In this document: positions 8,664 to 17,523 of the stretch, piece by piece
Position numbering within the stretch: position 1 is the stretch's first letter
How the letters are laid out: every line of letters starts with the position of its first letter
Origin: an uncultured Chloroflexia bacterium
Lineage (GTDB): Bacteria > Chloroflexota > Limnocylindria > Limnocylindrales > CSP1-4
Reading direction: 5' to 3'
Length of the DNA: 64,000 nt
Assembly: GCA_963721655.1 (NCBI GenBank)
Contig: CAVRKH010000008.1
Span: 1,026-65,025 of the forward strand
The notes under the pieces: model-generated
What the model was told of the DNA's origin: nothing
Database searches by the model: none
Seen by the model: only the letters and a program-made list of their open reading frames with translations
Translations under genes and position numbers: made by a program

Positions 8664-9044
8664 TCAGCGCGGGACGCCCGCCCGTATCCGCCTGGCTGCG
8701 GCCAACGAACGGCTTGATGCGGTCACCGGCGCGCACGTGGACCGCCCGAATTCACCAGTCAGCCAGCTAGCGACCCAATCGGCGAGGCGCTCGGCCTCCT
8801 GTCGGTCGGTCTTGCCGACTTCGTCGAGGTAAGCCGCCCAGCCGGCTCCGTCGCCGGTCACGTAGGTCCATCCCTCCGGGAACGCGAAGGTGTACGGAAC
8901 GTCGCCCGGGAACGGCTGGGGCGTAGACGGCGCAGCCGAGCCGGTCGTCGCGGAACACGCTGCTCCGAATACGATCGCAACCAGAGCGAGCGCCATACCG
9001 ACGCGGATCACGGGAAGCGCAAGCTGAACGCGACCTCGCCCCAT
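8664..9044 (-). CDS. lipoprotein, function unknown
   Basis: In-frame ATG at 9044 within ORF 8664..9212. MGRGRVQLALPVIRVGMALALVAIVFGAACS carries a lipobox. Confidence 0.55.
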   Translation of the reverse strand: MGRGRVQLALPVIRVGMALALVAIVFGAACSATTGSAAPSTPQPFPGDVPYTFAFPEGWTYVTGDGAGWAAYLDEVGKTDRQEAERLADWVASWLTGEFGRSTCAPVTASSRSLAAARRIRAGVPR

Positions 9045-9288
9045 TTGGCAACCACCCTTCTGAGCCCGCACGCCTGTCAACCAAGAGGTCCGGTCCCGCA
9101 ATTGGCCCAGAACGACGGCGACTGTGACGGGACGCCACGCTCCCTCGGGTTCGCGCCGCCCCACGCGCTCCCTGTGCCCTCCCCTTGGTCGCGGAAGTAT
9201 CGCCATCGGCACGGTCAGGTGCGTCGTTCATCTGACGTAATTCGTTCGGCGGTCATCCTCGTAGGCCGGTGGACAAGGGCATGGAAAG

Positions 9289-9328
9289 GGTACGGCCCCG
9301 GCTGGAGGAGCCGGGGCCGTTGGGGATG
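9289..9328 (-). repeat. intergenic hairpin repeat, copy 4 (inverted partner of copy 1)
   Basis: Plus strand reads GGTACGGCCCCGGCTGGAGGAGCCGGGGCCGTTGGGG-ATG. The ATG (9326) opens a 40-codon ORF. Confidence 0.8.
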
Positions 9329-9621
9329 AGTCTGAGAAGGAGAAGGCTCATTCCCGTGACGACATCCTGGTCGACCCGCGAGCGAGTTTCCACGCCTGAA
9401 CCGCGCAGACCCGCGCGCCGTTTCTTGCTGCCTTTGAGCAACTCGTGACCCCGAACCGAAGCTGGCATCGCCCGTTGGTGTGCGGCTTGGCTTCGGCCAG
9501 TTGGATAGTTCCGGGGACAGTGTTCGGCCCCGCCTGCTGGGACCGGTCGTGGTGAGATCGAGATGGACCTCGCAGAGCTGGAGGCCGAGACGCTCGACTA
9601 CGACCAGCGGGTGCTTGAGTT

Positions 9622-9700
9622 CGGTGCAGGCACCTAGTGGCACCACCTTGGCCGTCTGGGGACTGGTGGTCGTGGGTTCGAATCCCGCTGCCCCGACCAA
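9622..9700 (+). pseudogene. tRNA-Pro remnant: 3' half near-identical to 4400-4447, 5' half degenerate
   Basis: 9654-9700 equals 4400-4447 apart from one G deletion and one C>T. The anticodon stem cannot pair (GCCGT vs ACTGG) and the D arm is not foldable. Confidence 0.75.
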
Positions 9701-9800
9701 TTTATCCCGCTCGAATTTGACCACTCAATGGCCGGAGTGTGTTCCGAAGCGGGAGATCGCGCGCGTGTTTTGCGCCGGAACCGTGTGCAACAGCCGGCGT

Positions 9801-11702
9801 TCAGGGGGCGAGGCGCTGGTAGGAGGCGGTTCCGAAGTGTGAGATCTCGGTCGTGACCGGCTGGAGCTGCCCGGATGGGTCGAACTCGATGATGGTGTTC
9901 TCGTTGGCATTGGGACCCTTGTCAGCGTCCGCGAACGCCAGGCCGAGCAGGCGGGCGCCATCGGGCGACCAGAGCAGCTGGTACGGACTCAACCGGGGAC
10001 CGGGAACGGGGCGCGCGTTCGAGCCGTCGGCATCGGCGACCATGAAGAACGCGTTGGCATAGGAGGTGTCTGGATTCCGAACATATGCGAGGCGCGTGCC
10101 GTCCGGCGACCAGGCCACGCCATTCTCATCCTCGGCGCTGTTCGAGACGTTGCGGAGGTTCCTTCCGTCTGCGTCGACGACGTGCACGTCGCGCAGGTCG
10201 CCGACACCCCGCGCCAGGAACGCGAGCCGCCGACCGTCCGCCGACCATGTGGGCTGCGCGCCCCCGCCCGGGTTCGACCTCGAGTGACCGGACATCGTCT
10301 GTACCCGTGAGTCCCAGATATCGGGCGCAGCCTCGTGGGCGTTCGATCCATCGACATTGATGACCCACAGCGAGTCGAGCGCTTCGCCGCAACAAGTCGT
10401 CCGGTGAAAGGCGATTTGGCGGCTGTCCGGAGACCAGGCCGGATCGCCCCCGAACACGTCCGGCCCGCCGAGCCGCACCGCGCCGGGGTCGTCGATCGCG
10501 CCGATGAGGATCTGCCGTTCCTCCTCGCCGACCGGCCGAGCCGCGACCGCGACGTGACGGCTGTCCGGCGACCAGGCGATCGGACTGTTTTCGGCGAGCC
10601 CTTCGATCACTTGGACGCGCTCGCCACCGTCGGCCGGCATCACGAACACGTCGAACGAGAAGTCCGGCTGCTGCGATTCGAAGGCGATCAGCGTCCCGTC
10701 CGGGGAGTAGGCGGGGAGGGCCTCGAACTCGGGCCCCGAGGTCAGCTGGACCAGCCCTGAGCCGTCGGGGTTCGACGCGAACAGGTCGCCGTTCGCGTCG
10801 AAGGCGATCAGGCCCGGCTTCGCGAGACCGAACGGAGGTGCGGGCCTGCGCGACGAGCCGATCACTGCCAGCACCGTCGCAAGCGCGATCAACAGCAGGA
10901 CGACGGTCACCACTGCGACGACCCTCGGGCTGAGGCTCGCGCGGTTCACCAACCGCCGCGGCCGCCACCGATCGGCGACGAGCAGGCGCGGCCGCTGCCG
11001 GGTCGACTCGACGCCAGCCAGCGCGGCTTCGAGCAGCCCGTCCGGGGCCCGGCCGACGGCCTGCTCGTCGAAGTAGACCCGGAAGTCGCGGTCGAGGTCG
11101 CGCTGGGTGGTCATCGCATCGCTCCCGTCGCGAATCCGCTCGCTGCGGCGTACGTCGGCGTCCAGCTCCGCGCGCATCGCGGCCGTGGCGCGATGGAGGC
11201 GCGACTTGTAGGTGCCGGTCGGGATGTCGAGCATCCGGGCCGCCTCGTCGTCCGACAACTCGAGGTAGTGGTGGGCCACGAGCACCGCTCGGTGCTCGGC
11301 GCTCAGGCCGCGAAATGCCCGGTGGATCGCGTCCCGCGTCTCGAGTGTCCGCGCCGGGTCCGGCGCGCTGTCCTCGACCGCCGGCAGGATCTGTCGCAAC
11401 GCGACCTGCCGCCGCTCGCGCCCGGCCGCCCGGTAGACGCAGCGGACGAGCACCCGGTCGAGCCAGGCCCGGAAGCTGTCCGGGTCGCGGAGCGAGCGCA
11501 GGTCGCGCCACGCCGCGATCAGGGCCTCCTGGACGGCGTCCGAGGCAAGGTCGGGGTCCGCGAGCATGAGCTGCGCGAGGTTGTAGAGCTGGCCGATCGA
11601 CGCGGCCGCCAGGACGCCGAAGGCGTCCCGGTCGCCTCGTTGTGCCCGCTCCACCAGATCCCGCTGCACGCTCGCAATTGCCTCCGGCCTGCTGCTCCGC
11701 AC
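9801..11702 (-). CDS. single ORF joining an ECF sigma-70 factor, a linker, one TM helix and a TolB-like PD40 beta-propeller
   Basis: Uninterrupted 633-codon ORF. Sigma regions 2 and 4 are present (AVQEALIAAWRDLRSLRDPDSFRAWLDRVLV.. IPTGTYKSRLHRA). Internal Met at 11114. TM segment VVAVVTVVLLLIALATVLAVI. PD40 blades (YSPDG.., WSPDS.., WSADG..). Likely start GTG 11669 or 11702. Confidence 0.75.
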   Translation of the reverse strand: MRSSRPEAIASVQRDLVERAQRGDRDAFGVLAAASIGQLYNLAQLMLADPDLASDAVQEALIAAWRDLRSLRDPDSFRAWLDRVLVRCVYRAAGRERRQVALRQILPAVEDSAPDPARTLETRDAIHRAFRGLSAEHRAVLVAHHYLELSDDEAARMLDIPTGTYKSRLHRATAAMRAELDADVRRSERIRDGSDAMTTQRDLDRDFRVYFDEQAVGRAPDGLLEAALAGVESTRQRPRLLVADRWRPRRLVNRASLSPRVVAVVTVVLLLIALATVLAVIGSSRRPAPPFGLAKPGLIAFDANGDLFASNPDGSGLVQLTSGPEFEALPAYSPDGTLIAFESQQPDFSFDVFVMPADGGERVQVIEGLAENSPIAWSPDSRHVAVAARPVGEEERQILIGAIDDPGAVRLGGPDVFGGDPAWSPDSRQIAFHRTTCCGEALDSLWVINVDGSNAHEAAPDIWDSRVQTMSGHSRSNPGGGAQPTWSADGRRLAFLARGVGDLRDVHVVDADGRNLRNVSNSAEDENGVAWSPDGTRLAYVRNPDTSYANAFFMVADADGSNARPVPGPRLSPYQLLWSPDGARLLGLAFADADKGPNANENTIIEFDPSGQLQPVTTEISHFGTASYQRLAP

Positions 11703-11732
11703 GATAGGGGACGCGAATACCGCTTTCGTTCC
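11701..11732 (-). promoter_or_regulatory. candidate ECF-type promoter upstream of the sigma ORF
   Basis: Minus strand reads GGAACGAA-N15-CCCTAT about 30 nt upstream of GTG 11669. Same bipartite spacing as the two plus-strand copies. Confidence 0.35.
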
Positions 11733-11740
11733 ATTTTCTG

Positions 11741-11828
11741 GGCCGGGCGCTGGCGGCGGCGTCCAGTGGAACGAATCGACCCCACGTCATCCCTATAGGT
11801 CGGCAACGGGCCGCCGACGATGGAGCGA
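11741..11828 (+). promoter_or_regulatory. ~88-nt direct repeat copy 1, containing GGAACGAA-N15-CCCTAT and a GTCGGC/GCCGAC hairpin
   Basis: Near-identical to 12349-12433. GGAAC is at 11768-11772. Confidence 0.45.
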
Positions 11829-11839
11829 CGGCAGCGGCC

Positions 11840-12338
11840 AGCACGAGATCGGCGACCTGCCCTATGGCGATCCGAACGTGTCACCCGACGGCGAGCACGC
11901 TGCTGATGCTCGGCTTCGCAGGACGACGACGAGCGCCAGCAGGCGCTCGTCACGGCCAGCATGTCGGGGGGCGACGTCGAGCGGATCACGTCGTTCGCGC
12001 TCGACGCCGCGGGCAAGAGCGACTGGGCGCCGGACCGTCGCCGCGTCACGACGAGCGACAACGCGAACATCCCCGAGCTGTCAGCCAACGTTGTCACGGT
12101 GCCGGCCGACGGCGGCGAGCCGTTCCATGTCACCGAGTACAGCGACCCCGCCGTTCGGGCGTACGTCGGCGGCTACTCGCCGGATGGCAACTGGATCGTG
12201 TTCCGCCTCGAAGACCACGGACAGCACGCCCTGTGCCTGGTGCGTCCTGACGGCACGGGGCTGCGCACGATCATGCCCCTCTCGGACTTCCGGCCCCGAG
12301 GGATCGACTGGGGTCCCCCCGCCGTGCGATCGAAATAG
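11840..12338 (+). pseudogene. PD40 beta-propeller fragment (C-terminal remnant, several frame changes)
   Basis: PNVSPDGEH.. is in the frame of ORF 11878, and LLMLGFAG in the frame of ORF 11864. The rest is ORF 11961..12338 (YSPDGNWIVFRLED..LVRPDGTGL). No intact N-terminus. Confidence 0.4.
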
Positions 12339-12348
12339 ACCTCGGCGC

Positions 12349-12433
12349 GGGCCGGGCGTCGGCGCGTCGAGTGGAACGAATCGACCCGACGTCGTCCCTA
12401 TAGGTCGGCAGCGGGCCGCCGACGATGGAGCGA
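12349..12433 (+). promoter_or_regulatory. ~88-nt direct repeat copy 2, about 80 nt upstream of the 12514 gene
   Basis: GGAAC at 12373-12377, CCCTAT 15 nt later. The sequence is otherwise almost identical to copy 1. Confidence 0.45.
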
Positions 12434-12513
12434 GCCCTCGCCTGAACCTCGAGGGAGTCGACGATGGGGATCAAACGCCGAGCCGCGCATGGGTTGATCT
12501 GGAGGGATCCGTC

Positions 12514-13467
12514 ATGAAGCGGCCGTCGCGCCGCGCGAGTGGAGGGAGGCCGGCCATGCGCCGCGTCAGTGCAATCGTCGGAGTCGTGCTGCTGCTGGTC
12601 CTGATGCTGCCAGCGGCGGCTATCGCTGCTGAACCGGGGGACGAGCCAGACACCGCCATTCCGGTATCAGCCGGCGAGGCCATCTACGACTCCACCGCGA
12701 TGACCTCAAACGCGGCCGTCGACCCGGCCAGTTGCGGCGAGTTCGAGGACTTCAGCAACACGATGTGGTTCTCGTACACTCCGGCCAAGTCCGGCGTGAC
12801 GTTGGTCGACATCAACTCATTCGTGTCCGAGGACGGATCGACGGACTTCCAGGCGATCGCCTTCGTCTACCAGGTCGAGTCGAGCGGCAGCCGGACCCTG
12901 GTCGGCTGCTCGGCCTTCCCGGCGACAGTCGTCTTCAAGGCCTCGGCCGGGACCACCTACCTGATCGTGTCCGCAGCGCTCGACGCCGAGGATACCGGCG
13001 AGCCTGAGTTGTCGGACCACGGTGGCACCTTCAACCTCGCGGTCATTCCGGTTCGCGGGCGCGTCCTGACCTCCCGCGATCATTTCGAAGACTCCTTCGT
13101 CGATGAGTCCGCGAGCGAGCAGTGCGGCACCGAGGTCACGGTCTCGTTCGATGACCGGGTCATGGAGAAGACGTTCGTGACCGCCGACGGCTTCCGGATG
13201 TTCACGTTCTTCGTCGTCGGAAGCACGACCTTCTCGACGGCCGACGGCTCCGAGGTCACCATCGCCTACGCCCAGCCATTCCGCGACACCCTCGACGGGA
13301 CAGTCACGTTCCTCGGGCTGCCGCTCAAGTTGATCGTCGATGGTGAGGTGGTCTCGCTCGACGTCGGCCGGCTGGTCGTCGACGAAGAGGGCAACGTCGT
13401 GTTCGAAGCCGGCTCGCACCAGTTCTTCGGCGAAGGCGTCGACATCTGCGGGCTGCTCGCTGGCTAG
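12514..13467 (+). CDS. secreted hypothetical protein
   Basis: ATG 12514 preceded by GGAGGG, in frame within ORF 11878..13467. Signal peptide is ..VSAIVGVVLLLVLMLPAAAIAAEP. Confidence 0.7.
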   Translation: MKRPSRRASGGRPAMRRVSAIVGVVLLLVLMLPAAAIAAEPGDEPDTAIPVSAGEAIYDSTAMTSNAAVDPASCGEFEDFSNTMWFSYTPAKSGVTLVDINSFVSEDGSTDFQAIAFVYQVESSGSRTLVGCSAFPATVVFKASAGTTYLIVSAALDAEDTGEPELSDHGGTFNLAVIPVRGRVLTSRDHFEDSFVDESASEQCGTEVTVSFDDRVMEKTFVTADGFRMFTFFVVGSTTFSTADGSEVTIAYAQPFRDTLDGTVTFLGLPLKLIVDGEVVSLDVGRLVVDEEGNVVFEAGSHQFFGEGVDICGLLAG

Positions 13468-13554
13468 AAGACACACTCCGCGCAGGCGACGGCCACCCCC
13501 GACCGTCGCCTGAGCGCCCGGGCGGCGGCCAATGTAGCCGTCAGGCTTGAAATC

Positions 13555-13665
13555 GGCCCCGGCCCACGGTCGGGGCCGTTACCCTGTCCACCCTGACCGA
13601 CCCGGCGAAACGCGAGCGCGCTGTCCTCGAGGTGCTCGGACGACTCCCGGATCGTTTCGGCCGTC
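13555..13665 (+). repeat. intergenic hairpin plus mini-ORF repeat, copy 5 (ATG replaced by CTG)
   Basis: GGCCCCGGCCCACGGTCGGGGCC-GTTACCCTGTCCACC-CTGACCGACCCGGCGAAACGCGAGCGCGCTGTCCTCGAGGTG..CTCCCGGATCGTT. Confidence 0.75.
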
Positions 13666-13873
13666 GGCCCGACTTTCTACGATCCCGGGACGCGCCGCTG
13701 GTCGGCGACGTGAGGACGGGGGCGGCCCTGGGCCTTGTCGCCGGGTGGAAAATGGGGCCAAGGAACGACCGTGATCGATCGACGATGATCGGAGTCGTCG
13801 TCGACGCGCTGGGGCCTACTCGGACGTCCTGCTCCCGGCCGTCCCGTCCGTGCGCCTCGAGGAGGGTAGCCGC

Positions 13874-14344
13874 ATGGGCCGCATCCACCACGAGTACCAC
13901 ATCGATGCTCCGCCCGAAGTCGCCTGGGCGCTCGGGCGCGACGCCAATCGGATACCCGAGTGGAATACGACCACGGTGTCGGTCAAGGACGTGAGCGGGC
14001 CGCTCGACCGCCAAGGCGCCACGTACACCGCGGTCTCGAAGATCGCCGGCCGGCCCCTCGAGGTCCAGTGGCAGGTCAAGCAGGTCGACCCAGGCCGCAT
14101 GGCGGAGGTGACGGCGAGCTCGCCCAGAGGAGGGAGTGCCCACCTGATCGTCCGCTACGAACCCGATGGTTCGGGCACGAAGTTCAGCATGGATCTCGAC
14201 TACGAGCTGCCAATGGGGTTCCTCGGCGATGTCGCGGACAAGCTCTTCGCGGAGCGGTCGATGACCCGGGACGTGCAGCACTCGGGCGAGAACTTCAAGG
14301 CGCTCGTCGAAGAGGCGGCGATGGTCCCGACCACATCCGGCTGA
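13874..14344 (+). CDS. SRPBCC (START/polyketide cyclase-like) family protein
   Basis: ATG 13874 after GGAGGG. MGRIHHEYHIDAPPEVAWALGRDANRIPEWN.. is typical of the SRPBCC N-terminus. Confidence 0.7.
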   Translation: MGRIHHEYHIDAPPEVAWALGRDANRIPEWNTTTVSVKDVSGPLDRQGATYTAVSKIAGRPLEVQWQVKQVDPGRMAEVTASSPRGGSAHLIVRYEPDGSGTKFSMDLDYELPMGFLGDVADKLFAERSMTRDVQHSGENFKALVEEAAMVPTTSG

Positions 14345-14492
14345 AGCTCCACCTCCACCCCGTCCAGCTAACGCCCTGGTTCCGTCCGGCCAGACCGCTC
14401 GACACGCGATCGTGCGGGGCCACTCATTCGGGCCCCCGTTACGGCGTCCTGCAGCTCGCTATGCTCAAACGATGTAGCTCGAGGTCCGTGCA

Positions 14493-15047
14493 ATGGGCTG
14501 GCGAGACAAGCTTCTGGGTAAGCAGCCCAGCTTCCCGCACGACGCACCTGACCTGGAGGCGACGATGCCGAGCAGCGTTGCCGGCCGGACGTTGGTCACA
14601 TGGTCAGTTTCAGGCGACCGCTTCTGGGCCAACCTTGACCGACAGGGTGGTGGTCGCCTCCGGTCGGCCCTCGGTCCTGAACTCGACGATGCCGGGTTGC
14701 CGCCAGATTCGATCGCGATGGCCGTCGCGGGTCGCGAGGACAAGAGCCATCCGCCATCCATTGTCTGGGCTATGCGCTTCGGAGAGGAGAGGGCCGCTGC
14801 CTTGCCCGCGCCTGCGACCGCACTCGCGATGGAAGTCATGCACGTCGATGCCAACCAGGGCGCGAATTGGCAGGACGCCATCGTCGCCGACAAGGCGGTT
14901 CTCGTGGGCCATCACAAGATGGTCCGCCAAGACCAACATCACCGCGGGAAGCCCTACGTCTACCTTGGTGGGTGGGCCTTGTACGCTCTCATCGCCGACG
15001 ACGAGGCATGGGCGGCTGAGGTGATTCGACACTTGCCAGCATCCTGA
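14493..15047 (+). CDS. hypothetical protein
   Basis: ORF 14493..15047 with a protein-like composition. No family recognised. Confidence 0.5.
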   Translation: MGWRDKLLGKQPSFPHDAPDLEATMPSSVAGRTLVTWSVSGDRFWANLDRQGGGRLRSALGPELDDAGLPPDSIAMAVAGREDKSHPPSIVWAMRFGEERAAALPAPATALAMEVMHVDANQGANWQDAIVADKAVLVGHHKMVRQDQHHRGKPYVYLGGWALYALIADDEAWAAEVIRHLPAS

Positions 15048-15199
15048 AGCCAATCACGCGGCGACCCATGACCGACCAGCGAACCGAGAGCGTGTCTCGC
15101 TCGACTGCGCCCTCGGGAACGCCTCACGGACGGCTCACGAAGGCGGCTTAGCCAAGGCAAGCCAGCGGTGAGTGGACCCTTCCGCTACGACCGGCGCCG

Positions 15200-15997
15200 C
15201 TAAGCGCGGGCGGGCGCGGACGCGGCGACCGCGTCCCGGGCGGTGAGGACGAGCGGGCCGTCGGCGGTGATCGCCACGGTGTGCTCGACGTGGACGCCCC
15301 GCGACCGGTCCACCGATCGGATCGTCCAGCCGTCGCGGTCGATGACGATCTTCGGGCTGCCCGCCAGGAACCAGGGCTCGATCGCGATGACGAGCCCGGG
15401 CTGCAATGCGAGGCCGCGCCCCGCGACCCCGTCGTTCGGGACGTTCGGCGGCTCGTGCATCACCCGCCCGACTCCGTGCCCGCCGAACGCGGTGTTGACC
15501 TGGTAGCCCGCGCCCCGGATCACGCCGCCGACGGCCGCCGAGACGTCGCCCAGCCGGTTGCCTGGCTGCGCGGCGGCGATCCCCGCGGCGAGCGCCCGCT
15601 CAGCGGTCTCGACCTGACTCAGGTCCTCGTCGCGTGGCGTCCCGACCGGAATCGTGATCGAGGAGTCGGCGACCCAGCCGTCGACCTCCGCGGCGAAGTC
15701 GAGGCTGACGAGGTCCCCGTCCCGCAGCCGCCGGTCGTGCGGCAGCCCGTGGAGCACCGCGTCGTTGATCGAGACGCAGAGCACCTTGCCGAACGGCATC
15801 GCGCCGAACGAGGGGTGGTAGTCGATGTAGCAGCTCGTCGCGCGGCGCTCGCGGATCATCGCGTGCGCGATCCGGTCAAGCTCCAGCGCGTTGATGCCGA
15901 CCCGGGTCCGCTCGGCGAGCTCCATGAGCACCGCCGCGACGAACCGGCCGGCGGGTCGCATCGCCTCGATCTCGGCGCGGCTCCGAAGCTCGATCAC
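15200..15997 (-). CDS. map: type I methionine aminopeptidase
   Basis: ORF 15200..15997. Motifs: DGDLVSLDF, GHGVGRVMHEPPNVPN, IAIEPW, HVEHTVAIT. Confidence 0.9.
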   Translation of the reverse strand: MIELRSRAEIEAMRPAGRFVAAVLMELAERTRVGINALELDRIAHAMIRERRATSCYIDYHPSFGAMPFGKVLCVSINDAVLHGLPHDRRLRDGDLVSLDFAAEVDGWVADSSITIPVGTPRDEDLSQVETAERALAAGIAAAQPGNRLGDVSAAVGGVIRGAGYQVNTAFGGHGVGRVMHEPPNVPNDGVAGRGLALQPGLVIAIEPWFLAGSPKIVIDRDGWTIRSVDRSRGVHVEHTVAITADGPLVLTARDAVAASAPARA

Positions 15998-16073
15998 GCG
16001 CTGATCGTAGGGCTTCGATGTCAGTCGGTCGGCAATGGACCTTCGCGCCCGAGGGCTCAGTGTCCTTGGCGGC

Positions 16074-16565
16074 TCATCCGCGAGGTCGACCGGGCCAGGG
16101 GATGAGCCGTCGGGTCCGCGCCCGGTACGCCGCGTAGTCCGGGAAGCGCTGCTCGAGCCAGGCCTCCTCGCGCACGGACTTCACGAGCAAGAAGGCCGCG
16201 AGCGCCACGGCGAGGGCGACAGCGACGATCGACGCTTGGCCGATCGCCCAGCCGAATGCTGCGAGAATGAGCCCGCCGTAGATCGGGTGGCGAACGAACG
16301 AGTACGCGCCCGTTTCAACGAGGGCGGCACCGTCGCGTGGCTTGGGAAGCGGCGTGAATGCGCCTCTGAGGTCGATGGCTCCACGGACGGCGAGGACGAT
16401 GCCACCGGCGATCAGCACGATCCCGACGACGATGCCCGCGAGGCGCAGCGTCCCGGACCAGTCCGGCCCGAGCGACCAGCCAGCGGCCGCGACGACGACG
16501 AGCAATACGCCCTGGATGAGGACCCATCCCTCCCCACGCGGGCCGAGCGACGGCAGATGCGTCAT
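16074..16565 (-). CDS. isoprenylcysteine carboxyl methyltransferase (ICMT/PEMT-like) family membrane protein
   Basis: Polytopic ORF with FVRHPIYGG..EEAWLEQRFPDYAAY. Confidence 0.75.
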   Translation of the reverse strand: MTHLPSLGPRGEGWVLIQGVLLVVVAAAGWSLGPDWSGTLRLAGIVVGIVLIAGGIVLAVRGAIDLRGAFTPLPKPRDGAALVETGAYSFVRHPIYGGLILAAFGWAIGQASIVAVALAVALAAFLLVKSVREEAWLEQRFPDYAAYRARTRRLIPWPGRPRG

Positions 16566-16766
16566 CCATGGATGCTAGGCGCCCGACGGCCAGCCGCGCG
16601 CCTATCGACGTTGCGTGATCTCCGGCGCCCTTGACGGGCGTCGGAACGGTGCTAGCGTCGGCAGTCGGGGCCAGAGACGGAGCCCGCGACGGCACCGAAC
16701 GCGCTGGCCCTACCGGCCTGCTTCCGGAGCGACAACCGGGAGCGGCGTCGAGGAGGAGGCGCTGGC

Positions 16767-17348
16767 TTGGACGACTCTCAAATCCGGCCAATCTCCGTCC
16801 ACGCATTCCCCACGTCGGATCGTGTCTTCAAGGAGCGCGTTCGCGAAGTTGGCGCAGAGATGCGCGACTCGCCGGCATCCGCGGTCATTGAAGCCCTGGA
16901 GCGGCGCCTTCGTCCGATCCACCCGAACCTGACCGTCCAGCTTCGCGACGACCTGGCAGGTCCGGACTACAGCTCGACCGTCTACGTGTTCCGGGATGGC
17001 GCGGTTCACGACGGGCTCGGACCCGAGTCCTGGACCGAGGAGGCCACCACGGTCCGCGTTGTAACGGATGCGGATGGGCAGTACGTCGAGGCCAACGACG
17101 CTGCGGGTCGCCTGTTCGGTGTGCCGCCGCCTGAGATCCTGGGTCGACGAGCCGGCGAGTTCACACGGCCCGACGCGCGGATCAAGGACGCAGCGGCGCT
17201 ATGGGACGTGCTGCGTTCCACCGGTCGGCTCAACAGCCTGGCCGTTGTCATGCGGCCGGACCAGACGGAGACGCGCGTGGAGTTCCTGACCATCCGCGAT
17301 GGAGACGGCCCGGGCCGGAATGTCACCTACCTTCGAGCCATCGATTAG
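16767..17348 (+). CDS. PAS-domain protein
   Basis: TTG start after GAGGAGGAGG. PAS-like core VVTDADGQYVEANDAAGRLFGVPPPEILGRRAGEF. Confidence 0.55.
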   Translation: MDDSQIRPISVHAFPTSDRVFKERVREVGAEMRDSPASAVIEALERRLRPIHPNLTVQLRDDLAGPDYSSTVYVFRDGAVHDGLGPESWTEEATTVRVVTDADGQYVEANDAAGRLFGVPPPEILGRRAGEFTRPDARIKDAAALWDVLRSTGRLNSLAVVMRPDQTETRVEFLTIRDGDGPGRNVTYLRAID

Positions 17349-17448
17349 TCGGAGCGACGATTGCTCGAAGGCAGCAGCCTTCAGGGCGCGGTTCTGCTTG
17401 GCTGATGCGTTCGAATTCGCACCCAGGTCGATCAGGCTCTATGCACGG

Positions 17449-17523
17449 TCCCGGCTCTCCCCCAGCCGGGGCCGTACTCTGTCCCCCGAGACCGACCCCG
17501 CGAAGCGCGAGCTGCGGCGTTGA
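17449..17523 (+). repeat. intergenic hairpin plus mini-ORF repeat, copy 6 (truncated, ATG replaced by GAG)
   Basis: CCCGGCTCTCCCCCAGCCGGGGCC-GTACTCTGTCCCCC-GAGACCGACCCCGCGAAGCGCGAGC, then divergence. Confidence 0.75.

Noticed and set aside
9622-9700. Second tRNA-Pro as a functional gene.
   Set aside because: Only the 3' half is conserved. The anticodon stem and D arm cannot pair, the anticodon loop has lost a base, and the acceptor stem has a mismatch.
11100-11130. Programmed ribosomal frameshifting as the explanation for the frame breaks.
   Set aside because: At the sites I inspected (7110-7125, 17585-17600, 18985-18995, 20440-20450, 23715-23720, 42480-42490, 56229-56232, 61875-61880, 62358-62362) there is no shared slippery heptamer or downstream structure. 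The affected gene families are not known to use recoding.
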